The translations under genes and the position numbers were made by a program. A stretch of DNA of 64,000 nt, taken from positions 5,557 through 69,556 of the forward strand of contig CAIMBK010000070.1 in NCBI GenBank assembly GCA_903839195.1. The letters run 5' to 3'. Shown here piece by piece: positions 30,411 to 40,477 of this stretch. Position 1 is the first letter of the stretch. The number at the start of each line of letters is the position of its first letter. The notes under the pieces are model-generated. The model saw only the letters and a list, made by a program, of their open reading frames with translations. It made no database searches and had not been told where the DNA came from. The stretch comes from an uncultured Bacteroidota bacterium. Its GTDB lineage: Bacteria > Bacteroidota > Bacteroidia > Flavobacteriales > Flavobacteriaceae.

Positions 30411-31601
30411 ATGATTATAGAGCCAAGAATGCGAGGATTCATTTGTTTGACCGCACATCCAAAAGGTTGTGAACAAAATGTTGTCAATCAAATAGAATAT
30501 GTAAAATCAAAAGGAACTATTGATGGACCAAAAAAAGTTTTAGTAATTGGTGCTTCAACAGGATTTGGATTGGCTTCAAGAATTACAAGTGCTTTTGGTT
30601 CTGGTGCTTCCACAATTGGTGTTTTCTTTGAAAAACCGCCAACAGAAGGAAAAACAGCGTCGCCGGGTTGGTATAATTCTGCCGCTTTTGAAAAACTTGC
30701 AAGCGCCTCTGGTTTATATGCAAAAAGTATTAATGGCGATGCTTTTTCGAACGAAATTAAAAAAGCAACTCTTGATTTGATTAAAAAAGATTTGGGTCAA
30801 ATTGATTTGGTAATTTATAGTTTAGCTTCTCCTGTTCGCGTGCATCCTGTAACAGGCGTAATGCACCGTTCGGTTTTGAAACCTATTGGAAAAACATTTA
30901 CAAATAAAACCGTAGATTTTCACTCAGGAACTGTTTCTGAAATTTCTATAGAACCTTGTAATGAAGAAGATATTGCCAATACGGTTGCCGTTATGGGCGG
31001 CGAAGATTGGGCTATGTGGATGAATGAATTGAAAAAAGCCAATTTGCTTTCGCAAGGCGCTACAACCGTTGCTTATTCTTATATTGGCCCCTCTTTAACC
31101 GAAGCAGTTTATCGCAAAGGAACCATTGGTCGTGCCAAAGATCACTTGGAAGCTACTGCGTTTTCTATTACCGAAAGTTTGTCTGATTTGCATGGAAAAG
31201 CATTTGTATCAGTTAATAAAGCACTTGTTACGCAAGCAAGTTCAGCAATTCCTGTAATACCGTTGTATATTTCATTGTTATATAAAATAATGAAAGAAGA
31301 AGGGATTCATGAAGGATGTATTGAGCAAATTCAACGACTTTATCAAGATAGACTTTATACTGGAAAAGAAATTCCAACCGATTCTGAAGGTCGAATTCGA
31401 ATTGATGATTGGGAAATGCGTCCCGATGTTCAAGAAAAAGTGGCCAAACTTTGGGAAATAGCAACATCTGAAAACCTTGCTTCTATTGGTGATTTGGAAG
31501 GCTATAGAAAAGATTTTTACGCTTTATTTGGTTTTGATGTTGAAGGAGTTGATTATAATAAAGATACAAACGAAATGGTTCAAGTTTCAAGTATATTATA
31601 A
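30411..31601 (+). CDS. fabV: Enoyl-[acyl-carrier-protein] reductase FabV (trans-2-enoyl-CoA reductase family)
   Basis: 396 aa. MIIEPRMRGFICLTAHPKGCEQNV...VLVIGASTGFGLASRI is typical of FabV. Confidence 0.9.
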   Translation: MIIEPRMRGFICLTAHPKGCEQNVVNQIEYVKSKGTIDGPKKVLVIGASTGFGLASRITSAFGSGASTIGVFFEKPPTEGKTASPGWYNSAAFEKLASASGLYAKSINGDAFSNEIKKATLDLIKKDLGQIDLVIYSLASPVRVHPVTGVMHRSVLKPIGKTFTNKTVDFHSGTVSEISIEPCNEEDIANTVAVMGGEDWAMWMNELKKANLLSQGATTVAYSYIGPSLTEAVYRKGTIGRAKDHLEATAFSITESLSDLHGKAFVSVNKALVTQASSAIPVIPLYISLLYKIMKEEGIHEGCIEQIQRLYQDRLYTGKEIPTDSEGRIRIDDWEMRPDVQEKVAKLWEIATSENLASIGDLEGYRKDFYALFGFDVEGVDYNKDTNEMVQVSSIL

Positions 31602-31693
31602 TTTTATTATTTCGTGAAATTGATTTATTACTAACGAATTGTAGTTTATTCGAGCGATTCAATAATAATTTCGCAAAAAAGCTATTTTTTTTA

Positions 31694-31730
31694 AACAAAA
31701 CCCACTTTTTTATTGTGGGTTTTGTTGTTT
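31694..31730 (+). terminator. Rho-independent terminator after fabV
   Basis: There is a perfect 12-bp stem, aacaaaacccac / gtgggttttgtt, with a 9-nt loop and a T-rich tail. Confidence 0.8.
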
Positions 31731-31773
31731 CTATATATATTTGATTTTATAATAACAAAATAAATTGTAAGCT

Positions 31774-34700
31774 ATGAAAAAAATTACTTTAATTGTTGCT
31801 TTATTTTTCTTGTTTTTTCAAGGAAAAGCACAAACATTATTAACCGAAAATTTTGACACCTCGTTGTCATGGACTACTGCTCATACAGTAGGGACTTCTA
31901 CAAATCCAGGTTGGACAAGAGAAACAACAGGTTTCAGTCCTACTTGCGAACCTTTTTCAGGAGCTGGAATGGCACGATTTAATTCGTATTCTATTAACAC
32001 TGGAAATTCATACGACTTAACTTCTCCAGCTATTGCATTTACTGGAGGGGATTATAGAGTGAAGTTCAAAATGTATCGCGATGATGCCTATTTGACAAAT
32101 GTTGATAAAATAGATGTTTATTACAATACAACTCAAACATCGGTTGGAGGGACACTACTAGGTACAATATTTAGATCTAAAGATTTAGCGCCTTCAGAAT
32201 CATCTAATGGATGGTATTCGTATTGGTTTACTTTGCCTGCTAATGTAACAGGAGATGGTTATATTTCTTTTTTAGCTTCATCTGATTATGGAACTAATAT
32301 ATTTATAGATCAAGTGGAAGTAGAAGTACTACCTTCATGTCTTGAGCCAAGTGTTTTAGTGACATCAAATATTACTGCTTCAAGTGTGGATGTTTCTTGG
32401 ACAGAAAACGGGAATTCTTTATCTTGGTCTATAGAATATGGGCCTACGGGATTTACGCCTGGAGCAGGTACAACAGTAACCGCTAATACTTTTCCTTATA
32501 CAATCACTGGATTATTGCCAGCAACTAGTTACGATTTTTATGTACAATCCAATTGTGGCGCTACATTGAGTGCATGGTCTGGGCCAAAAACTTGCGAAAC
32601 AAATTGCGTTGCGGTTTCTAGTTTTTCTGAAAATTTTGACGCAGCTACAGATTTACCTATTTGTTGGAAGTCGTTAGGACCAAATTTTTCAGGTTATGCA
32701 CAAGCATCATCAGGAGCTTCTAGTTTGCCAAATAATTTGTACTTATACGGTAGTTCTTTTTCAGGTCAAGGTTTGGTTGTAATACCACCTCTTAGTAATT
32801 TAGGAGCAGGTACCCATCGTCTTAAATTTAAAGCAAAAGCTAGCTCGCAATGGGATATTGGTGGAATTGTTGAAGTAGGTTATATAACCGATATAGCTGA
32901 TTTAACAACGTTTATTTCGTTTCAAAGTTTTACAACAACTTCGGACATTGTATATGACAATATTGCTTTAGAATTAGGAACGGCTCCAGGCTCAAGTCAA
33001 TTTCTTGCCTTTAGACATTCAGGTGATTACAATAGCATTGAAATTGATGATGTTATTTGGGAACCAATTCCAGCTTGTGGCGATGTAAATAGTTTGGCTA
33101 CTATAATGACAACTACAACTTCTGCCCAAATTGCATGGTCAGGTTCAGGTTCTGAATCGGAATGGCAATATGTTTATGGTGCTTCTACAGTTACTGATCC
33201 TACTACATTAACAGCTTCAAATACTACATCTACGGATGCAACTATTTCAGGATTAACTCCAGCAACTACTTACAACTATTGGGTACGTTCTTATTGTGGA
33301 GAAGGTACGGAAGGTGCATGGATTGGACCATATTCATTTATTACACAATGTATTCCTTATTCTATTCCATCTGTTATGGAAGATTTTGAATCAACTTCAG
33401 GTACCAATTTACCTTTGTGTTGGTCTAACGAACTAGTAAGTGGTTCTAATAATTGGGAGTCAAGAACACCAATACAATGGGATAATATTTCAACAACACA
33501 TTCTGGAACTAGAATAGTTTATAAAGGCTATGATGATTCGGATGCGTTGTTATATTCATTGCCTTTAGATTATAGCAATGTAACTGCTTCTACAAGAGTT
33601 AATGTGTTTTTGCACCGAAATTTATTTGCAGCTGCAACGGATAAATATGTTATTTACGCAAACACAGCCCCTTCTTTAACAGGTGCTGTTCAAATAGCGG
33701 AGATTTTTTCATTAGGAACAATTGCTCCAATTGTTAATGCAACTGGGTTTTATAATTATTTTGCAGATGTTCCAGATACTTTCCAAGGCCTATCACAAGT
33801 TTTTATTATTATAGAAGGAATTACTGCATCAAGTTGGAATTCTTACGATTTAGGTATTGAAGATTTCTTAGTGGAATATACTCCAACAACACCACCAACT
33901 TGTGCCACGGGAATAACTGCAACAATTGACACCACATGTGGAAATTTTGCTACACAAATAGATTGGCAAGCTCCAGAAGGTGCTGAAGGCTATAAAATTT
34001 CAATTGGTACTTCCCCAAATGCAAATGAACTTTTAGATAATCAAGATCTAGGAAGTGTTTTAACCTATTCTTTTTCTGGAAATTACAATTCAATTTACTA
34101 CTACAAAGTGGTTCCTTACAACTCACTTGGTGACGCTTTAGGTTGTGTAAATGAAACATTTACAACTTCAGCAAACGGATGCTATTGTCCGTCTGTTCCT
34201 AATCCTAATTTTATGGATGGTAATGGTATAACAAATGTTCAATTAGGAAATTCAGATTTCCCTACTCCTGCAATTACTTATTATGATCATTCTGCCACTA
34301 CGGTTGATTTACCTCAAGGAGTTAATGCTAATTTGCAGATTACTTTTGCAACAGGTTATACTTATGGCACTAATGTTTGGATTGATTTTGACAATAGTTA
34401 TACTTTTGATGAAAGCGAATTAGTAATTTCAGCTACTTCACTAAACACAAATCCAACTACTTTGGATGCGTCATTTGTTATGTCTTCAACGGCTCCTTTA
34501 GGGGTCCATAAAATGCGTATCGGATCGGCAGATTCTGGGCAAGTTCCACCAGACCCTTGTTATACAGGAGCATATGGGGTAACTCTTGATTTTAACGTTA
34601 ATGTTGTTGCGCCACCATCTTGTTTGCCAGTTAATGGTTTGGTTTCAAGTGCAGTTACTTCAAATTCAGCAACGGTTACTTGGTCAGCTACGAATCCTGC

Positions 34701-35640
34701 TCCAGGAATTGGGTATCAATATTATTTTTCTACAACGAATGCTGCTCCATCAGCAGCTACAACTCCATCAGGATCAGTTGCTGCCAATGTTAATACCGTT
34801 TCGTTATCAGTACTTTCTCCAGAAACAACTTATTATGTTTGGGTAAGATCGGTTTGTTCATCATCAGATAGTTCTACTTGGAATACAATAGGATTAGCAT
34901 TTACAACTATGTGTGTTCCTGTGACAACTTTACCATGGACCGAAAATTTTGATTCAATGACCACAGGAACTAATTTATTTCCTGGCTGTTGGGCAAATTC
35001 AAATACACTTGGTAATTGGTCAATCTCAGATTTTCAAACCGCTAATAGCGGTATGAATTCATTGCGAAGATCTTGGAATACGGATGGTTGGGCATTTACT
35101 CCACCGGTTTCATTAACGGCTGGAAGTACGTATTCGTTTAGTTATTTTGTTATAACAAATGATACTACTGTCGGTTATGATGTAACAGTAGCCGCTGGAT
35201 TGGGACAATCCGAGGCCAATATGACTGAAACTTTATCCACAGTTATAGGTTATCAAGGGCCAACATGGACTGAATTTACGTATGAATTTTCTCCAACAGT
35301 TTCCGGGGAGTACGCATTTGGACTCCATGTTGCTGCTGATTATGCGCCAAATGGAATTAATTTTGATGACTTTAAAATTGATACCGTTCTTGGAACATCA
35401 ACTTTCAATGATCAAGCATTTAATTTTTATCCAAATCCAGTGAAAGATATTTTGAATTTAAATTATTCTAAAAACATTTCAAACCTTGCTGTTTATAATT
35501 TATTAGGACAACAAGTTGAAGTGAAACTAGTGAATTCAAATCAATCTCAAATTGATATGTCACATTTGGCAGTGGGAACCTATATGGTGAAAATTACTGC
35601 TAATGATCAAACAAAAACAATAAAAGTAATCAAACAATAA
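31774..35640 (+). CDS. Large multidomain cell-surface protein (four FN3-like modules, GEVED-like region) with T9SS C-terminal sorting domain
   Basis: 1288 aa with a signal peptide. The repeated module runs from C..P..L.....T..S..V.W to ...Y.[FYW].V[QR]S.C and starts near aa 189, 435, 707 and 945. The tail is FNFYPNPVKDILNLNY...GTYMVKITANDQTKTIKVIKQ. Confidence 0.8.
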   Translation: MKKITLIVALFFLFFQGKAQTLLTENFDTSLSWTTAHTVGTSTNPGWTRETTGFSPTCEPFSGAGMARFNSYSINTGNSYDLTSPAIAFTGGDYRVKFKMYRDDAYLTNVDKIDVYYNTTQTSVGGTLLGTIFRSKDLAPSESSNGWYSYWFTLPANVTGDGYISFLASSDYGTNIFIDQVEVEVLPSCLEPSVLVTSNITASSVDVSWTENGNSLSWSIEYGPTGFTPGAGTTVTANTFPYTITGLLPATSYDFYVQSNCGATLSAWSGPKTCETNCVAVSSFSENFDAATDLPICWKSLGPNFSGYAQASSGASSLPNNLYLYGSSFSGQGLVVIPPLSNLGAGTHRLKFKAKASSQWDIGGIVEVGYITDIADLTTFISFQSFTTTSDIVYDNIALELGTAPGSSQFLAFRHSGDYNSIEIDDVIWEPIPACGDVNSLATIMTTTTSAQIAWSGSGSESEWQYVYGASTVTDPTTLTASNTTSTDATISGLTPATTYNYWVRSYCGEGTEGAWIGPYSFITQCIPYSIPSVMEDFESTSGTNLPLCWSNELVSGSNNWESRTPIQWDNISTTHSGTRIVYKGYDDSDALLYSLPLDYSNVTASTRVNVFLHRNLFAAATDKYVIYANTAPSLTGAVQIAEIFSLGTIAPIVNATGFYNYFADVPDTFQGLSQVFIIIEGITASSWNSYDLGIEDFLVEYTPTTPPTCATGITATIDTTCGNFATQIDWQAPEGAEGYKISIGTSPNANELLDNQDLGSVLTYSFSGNYNSIYYYKVVPYNSLGDALGCVNETFTTSANGCYCPSVPNPNFMDGNGITNVQLGNSDFPTPAITYYDHSATTVDLPQGVNANLQITFATGYTYGTNVWIDFDNSYTFDESELVISATSLNTNPTTLDASFVMSSTAPLGVHKMRIGSADSGQVPPDPCYTGAYGVTLDFNVNVVAPPSCLPVNGLVSSAVTSNSATVTWSATNPAPGIGYQYYFSTTNAAPSAATTPSGSVAANVNTVSLSVLSPETTYYVWVRSVCSSSDSSTWNTIGLAFTTMCVPVTTLPWTENFDSMTTGTNLFPGCWANSNTLGNWSISDFQTANSGMNSLRRSWNTDGWAFTPPVSLTAGSTYSFSYFVITNDTTVGYDVTVAAGLGQSEANMTETLSTVIGYQGPTWTEFTYEFSPTVSGEYAFGLHVAADYAPNGINFDDFKIDTVLGTSTFNDQAFNFYPNPVKDILNLNYSKNISNLAVYNLLGQQVEVKLVNSNQSQIDMSHLAVGTYMVKITANDQTKTIKVIKQ

Positions 35641-35663
35641 AAAGTAAAATTTCTTAAATTTTC

Positions 35664-35697
35664 AAAACCACCAACTAATTAGTTGGTGGTTTTTTTA
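35664..35697 (+). terminator. Rho-independent terminator after the large T9SS cargo gene
   Basis: aaaaccaccaact / aatt / agttggtggtttt forms a 13-bp stem, followed by a T-run. Confidence 0.85.
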
Positions 35698-35749
35698 TTT
35701 TAAAAAGGTATCTTTGTTAAAACAAAAATAATTATAACCATTATTGTCA

Positions 35750-36748
35750 ATGTATTTTTCTATAATAATCCCTGTTTATAATAGACCCGATGAAATTGAG
35801 GAACTATTAGAAAGTCTATCAAATTCTAGCTTTTCAGATAAATTTGAAATTGTTATTATCGAAGATGGATCCACAATTCCATGTGAATCAATTATTCAAA
35901 AATATAGTAAAACCCTTAACATTGCTTATTATTTAAAATACAATTCTGGACCAGGCGATTCTAGAAATTTTGGTATGAACCTTGCAAAAGGGGATTATTT
36001 TATCATTTTTGATTCGGATTGTATCATTCCAAAAAACTATTTATCCATTGTTGCAAATGAATTAAATCAGCATTATGTAGATTGTTTTGGCGGACCCGAT
36101 AAAGCGTTAGATTCTTTTTCACCGATTCAGAAAGCCATTAATTTCGCAATGACTTCTGTTCTTACCACTGGTGGAATTCGCGGAGGTTCGGAAAAATTAA
36201 ACAAATTTCAACCAAGAAGTTTTAATATGGGTTTGTCCAAAAAAGCTTTCGAAATGTCAAAAGGTTTTGGAAATATTCACCCCGGCGAAGATCCCGATTT
36301 GACCCTTCGACTATGGGATTTAGGATTTGAAACCAAACTTTTTCCCAACGCATTTGTGTATCATAAAAGACGAATTGATTGGGATAAATTTTCGCTTCAA
36401 GTTAATAAATTTGGAAAAGCTCGTCCAATTTTAAACAAATGGCATCCCAATTATCAAAAAACAACCTATTTTCTTCCTTCAGCTTTTTCAATCGGTTTTA
36501 TTTTTTCGGTTGCCTTGTTGTTTTTTGTAATCGATTGGCCTTTGAAATTGTATTTCCTGTATTTTTTGATTGTTTTCATAACTTCATCTATTCAAAATAA
36601 AAGCATTATCGTTGGTTATTATTCAATAATTGCTGTTTGGAAACAATTTTTCGGATACGGATTTGGTTTTTTAGAATCGTTTATTAAAATCAATATTCTA
36701 AAGATGGAACCACAAAAAGCATTTCCAGAATTATTTTTTAAACTATGA
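35750..36748 (+). CDS. Family 2 glycosyltransferase with C-terminal TM segments
   Basis: It starts MYFSIIIPVYNRPDEI and has a DSD motif (IIFDSDCI). The track start at 35744 is a TTG, so the ATG at 35750 is preferred. Confidence 0.85.
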   Translation: MYFSIIIPVYNRPDEIEELLESLSNSSFSDKFEIVIIEDGSTIPCESIIQKYSKTLNIAYYLKYNSGPGDSRNFGMNLAKGDYFIIFDSDCIIPKNYLSIVANELNQHYVDCFGGPDKALDSFSPIQKAINFAMTSVLTTGGIRGGSEKLNKFQPRSFNMGLSKKAFEMSKGFGNIHPGEDPDLTLRLWDLGFETKLFPNAFVYHKRRIDWDKFSLQVNKFGKARPILNKWHPNYQKTTYFLPSAFSIGFIFSVALLFFVIDWPLKLYFLYFLIVFITSSIQNKSIIVGYYSIIAVWKQFFGYGFGFLESFIKINILKMEPQKAFPELFFKL

Positions 36749-37329
36749 CCAAAATAATTGGATTAACAGGCGGAATTGGCAGCGGAAAAACCACCATAGC
36801 GAAACAGATTCAATCGCTCGGAATTCCAGTTTATATTGCTGATGAGGAAGCCAAAAAATTAATTGACACACCTGAAATAATTAAAAAAATACAAAACGAA
36901 TTCGGCGAATTAGTTTTTGATAACAACCATTTAAATAAAGAAAAATTAGCAGAAATTGTTTTTAAATCCCCAGAAAAACTTACGCTTTTAAACCAAATTA
37001 TTCATCCAGCGGTTCAATCTGATTTTACTAATTGGCTGCTACTTCATCAAAAATATCCAATTGTTTTTAAGGAAGCTGCAATATTATTTGAATCTGGAAG
37101 TTATAAAGATTGTGATCAAATTATTACGGTTGTCGCGCCATTAGAATCAAGAATTGAGCGGGTTATGAAAAGAGACGGTATTTCGCGTGACAAAGTTTTA
37201 GATCGAATTTCAAACCAATGGACGGACGAAATGAAAATTCAAAAAAGCAACTTTGTTATTGAAAATAGTACACAAGAAAACGCATTAAGTCAACTGCATG
37301 TAATTCTTCAAAAGCTATTGATTCAATAA
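36745..37329 (+). CDS. coaE: Dephospho-CoA kinase
   Basis: 194 aa with IGLTGGIGSGKTT. Its start overlaps the upstream stop (ATGA). Confidence 0.9.
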   Translation: MTKIIGLTGGIGSGKTTIAKQIQSLGIPVYIADEEAKKLIDTPEIIKKIQNEFGELVFDNNHLNKEKLAEIVFKSPEKLTLLNQIIHPAVQSDFTNWLLLHQKYPIVFKEAAILFESGSYKDCDQIITVVAPLESRIERVMKRDGISRDKVLDRISNQWTDEMKIQKSNFVIENSTQENALSQLHVILQKLLIQ

Positions 37330-37400
37330 TTTTTTAGTCAGATGTTAATGTTTGGTTAATATATTAATACTATAAATGTTAAAATGTTAAATTTGTTGAA

Positions 37401-38984
37401 ATGAACAAACTATTCTTCCGATTCTTAATAGTGCTTATGAGTTTGTCCTTAATAGGGATAATATTAGTACAAGTTTATTGGTTTAATACGTCTTTTCAGA
37501 ATAATGATGAGCAATTCCGGTTTCATGTTCAGCAAGTTATCAGTAATGTTTCTGATAAATTAGAAAAAAAAGAAGCGCTCAATTTTTATGACAAATACAA
37601 TCATTTTAAAGATAGCACTGGAAAAGCGCCACAGAAAAATGATATATTAGAATTTTATTATGTTCAAAAAAATTCTCGTACCAACGAAACAATAATCTAT
37701 TCTAATAGTATTATTTCTGAAGATTACGGGATTTCCTCAACGTTCTTTGATAAGAAAAAAGACAGTGTTCGTTTGAAAAATTTTACTTCCAAAAGAACAA
37801 CCGAAATTTATAACAATTCAAAAATTGATAACTCGACGTTTCAAAACAATTTGTCTCCGGATGTAAAAATTAAAAAATCCGGAAGTTTAGACATCTTGAA
37901 CGATGCACAATATCAAATTTTCGCGAAAGATATTGCCTCGGCAATGCCAATTCAGGAAAGGGTTTCGAAAGAAACAATTGAAAAATTACTGAACAACGAA
38001 TTGCATGATGTTGGAATTAAAACACCTTTTGAATTTGGAATTTATAGCAACGGATTGGCAACAAAAATCAAATCGGAACGATTCCACAATGATAAAGTAT
38101 CAACTTATTCGATTCCTGTTTTTTTAGACAATGAAAGTAATACGAAATACCAATTATTAGTTGATTTTCCGCACAAGAAAAGATTTTTATTTTCGGAATT
38201 AATCGGTATTACTGTATTGTCAATAATTTTTACATTGATAATTGTAATTGCCTATTCAAGCGCATTGAATCAATTGGTTCGTCAACGTCAAATTTCTGAA
38301 ATCAAAACCGATTTTATTAATAATATGACGCATGAATTCAAAACTCCAATTGCGACAATAAACTTAGCTTTGGATGCTATTAAAAATCCAAAAATTATTG
38401 ACGATAAAGAAAAAGTACATCGGTATCTTCAAATGATACGTGACGAAAATAAACGAATGCACGCTCAAGTTGAAAATGTTTTACGTATATCCAAATTGGA
38501 AAAAAGGGAATTAGAAATTTCAAAAAAAACTTTTAGTATTCAAGATATTATAGAAGAAGCAATAGAACATGTTAATTTAATAATAGAAGATAGAAATGGA
38601 ACAATAGACACACACTTCGAAGCCACAAGAAATACCGTTTTATTGAACGATATTCATTTTACAAATGTAATCGTGAATATATTGGATAACGCCATTAAAT
38701 ATTCGCCAAATGACCCAATAATTGATATTTATACCGAAAATGTTAAAGATTTTATCATTATCAAAATAAAAGATCAAGGAGCTGGAATGAGCAAAGTTGC
38801 TCAAAAAAGAATTTTTGAAAAATTTTATCGCGAACATACCGGCGATATTCATAACGTAAAAGGACATGGGCTAGGTTTAGCGTATGTTAAAAGAATCATA
38901 GAAGACCACAATGGTCAAATATTTGTAGAAAGCGAAAAAGGTAAAGGAAGTACCTTTATTTTGAAAATGCCACTAATTAATTAA
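37401..38984 (+). CDS. Two-component sensor histidine kinase
   Basis: 527 aa with two TM segments flanking a periplasmic region, the H-box FINNMTHEFKTPIA, the N-box NILDNAIKYS, and G-boxes DQGAGM and GHGLGLAYV. Confidence 0.9.
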   Translation: MNKLFFRFLIVLMSLSLIGIILVQVYWFNTSFQNNDEQFRFHVQQVISNVSDKLEKKEALNFYDKYNHFKDSTGKAPQKNDILEFYYVQKNSRTNETIIYSNSIISEDYGISSTFFDKKKDSVRLKNFTSKRTTEIYNNSKIDNSTFQNNLSPDVKIKKSGSLDILNDAQYQIFAKDIASAMPIQERVSKETIEKLLNNELHDVGIKTPFEFGIYSNGLATKIKSERFHNDKVSTYSIPVFLDNESNTKYQLLVDFPHKKRFLFSELIGITVLSIIFTLIIVIAYSSALNQLVRQRQISEIKTDFINNMTHEFKTPIATINLALDAIKNPKIIDDKEKVHRYLQMIRDENKRMHAQVENVLRISKLEKRELEISKKTFSIQDIIEEAIEHVNLIIEDRNGTIDTHFEATRNTVLLNDIHFTNVIVNILDNAIKYSPNDPIIDIYTENVKDFIIIKIKDQGAGMSKVAQKRIFEKFYREHTGDIHNVKGHGLGLAYVKRIIEDHNGQIFVESEKGKGSTFILKMPLIN

Positions 38985-38988
38985 AATT

Positions 38989-39705
38989 ATGGAAACAGAA
39001 AACAAAAAAATCCTTTTAGTAGAAGATGACCAAAATTTTGGTTCTATCTTAAAAGATTATTTAATGCTAAATGATTTCGACGTCACACTAGCAAAAAACG
39101 GAATGGAAGGTTTTGAAAAATTCAAAAAAGATACCTACGATTTATGTATTTTGGATGTAATGATGCCTTATAAAGATGGTTATACATTGGCAAAAGAAAT
39201 CAGAGAAAAAAATAAAGAAGTGCCAATTATTTTTCTAACCGCAAAATCTATGAAAGAGGATGTGTTGAAAGGATATAAAGTGGGCGCAGACGATTATCTC
39301 AATAAACCCTTTGATTCAGAAGTATTGCTTATGAAAATCAGAGCGATTATTCAAAGAAAATCTACGGATACGAAAGCTGATAACACTAAATTTGAATTCC
39401 AAATAGGAAAATTACATTTGAATTCTAAACTTCGATTTTTGACATTTGTTGGAGAAGAACCAATCAAGTTGTCGCCAAAAGAAAATGAATTACTGAAAAT
39501 GCTAATTCTTCATGAAAATGATTTAATGCCGCGAGAATTGGCATTGACAAAAATTTGGAGAGACGATAATTATTTTACCTCCAGAAGTATGGATGTGTAT
39601 ATCGCGAAATTGAGAAAATACCTCAAAAAAGATGAAAACGTCGAAATTCTAAACATTCACGGAGAAGGATTTAGATTGGTTGTTAAAAATATAATTCCTG
39701 CATAA
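38989..39705 (+). CDS. OmpR/PhoB-family response regulator
   Basis: 238 aa with a receiver domain (LLVEDD, CILDVMMP, LTAK) and a winged-helix C-terminus (LSPKENELLKML...VYIAKLRKYL). Confidence 0.9.
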   Translation: METENKKILLVEDDQNFGSILKDYLMLNDFDVTLAKNGMEGFEKFKKDTYDLCILDVMMPYKDGYTLAKEIREKNKEVPIIFLTAKSMKEDVLKGYKVGADDYLNKPFDSEVLLMKIRAIIQRKSTDTKADNTKFEFQIGKLHLNSKLRFLTFVGEEPIKLSPKENELLKMLILHENDLMPRELALTKIWRDDNYFTSRSMDVYIAKLRKYLKKDENVEILNIHGEGFRLVVKNIIPA

Positions 39706-39712
39706 AACCACA

Positions 39713-39738
39713 AAAGGCCTCTAAAAGGGGCCTTTTTT
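39713..39738. terminator. Bidirectional terminator hairpin between the response regulator gene and the thioesterase gene
   Basis: aaaaggcc / ctaaaagg / ggcctttt forms an 8-bp stem flanked by an A-run and a T-run. Confidence 0.7.
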
Positions 39739-40477
39739 ATTTCCAATCAATAAGTAATGCAAAACAATTTCTGTCTTCTTTTGAAATACAAAAAACCGCA
39801 GCATTCAAGTCAATATTTCCAGTAATAATAACCGCATCATTTAGCGATAATTCTTTTAAGAAATTCATTTCAATACTATGAATTGGCGATTTCAACAGCT
39901 TGTTTTCTGGAATTAAATCCAAACACCATTCCAAATATTTCACATTATTGACATGATTTACAATGTCTAAATCAGACAAAACCACTATTTTTTCTGAAAT
40001 TAAGTCACTTTCAAATGGGATGTTTATTTTCGAAAAACGGTTTTCAGTTGCTAATCTTTCGGGAAATATTTCAAAATGCGAGTAGGGTAAAGCCAATTTT
40101 TCTGGACGCCTGGTTTCGGTATTAAAAACTACCCAAAAAGTTTCGGAACCAGCAATTTTTTTTCCATTACAAAAAACTTCTATTGCCCTAACTGAGCGAG
40201 AATCTTCCAAGGAATTGATCCACGTTTTTACGGTAACAATCGATTTCCATTTTGGTAATTCGCTGATTTCTAATCGCATTCGGCTTAAAACCCAAGCTTG
40301 ATGAAACGTTTGCATATCAGAAAAACTAATGCCTCCAACTTCTGAATGTGCCGCCGCCGTAAGTTGTAATAAATTACAAAGTTCGGTATATTTTAGATTC
40401 CCATTTGGGTCGCATTGGGTAAAATTAATTTCCCAATCTTTGCTAAAAACAGAGGTAAAGCTTGAAGAAATGGGCAT
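39737..40477 (-). CDS. Acyl-[acyl-carrier-protein] thioesterase
   Basis: 246 aa with a double hot-dog organisation. INFTQCDPNGNLKY... and DLDIVNHVNNVKYLEW are typical of the Acyl-ACP_TE family. Confidence 0.8.
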   Translation of the reverse strand: MPISSSFTSVFSKDWEINFTQCDPNGNLKYTELCNLLQLTAAAHSEVGGISFSDMQTFHQAWVLSRMRLEISELPKWKSIVTVKTWINSLEDSRSVRAIEVFCNGKKIAGSETFWVVFNTETRRPEKLALPYSHFEIFPERLATENRFSKINIPFESDLISEKIVVLSDLDIVNHVNNVKYLEWCLDLIPENKLLKSPIHSIEMNFLKELSLNDAVIITGNIDLNAAVFCISKEDRNCFALLIDWK

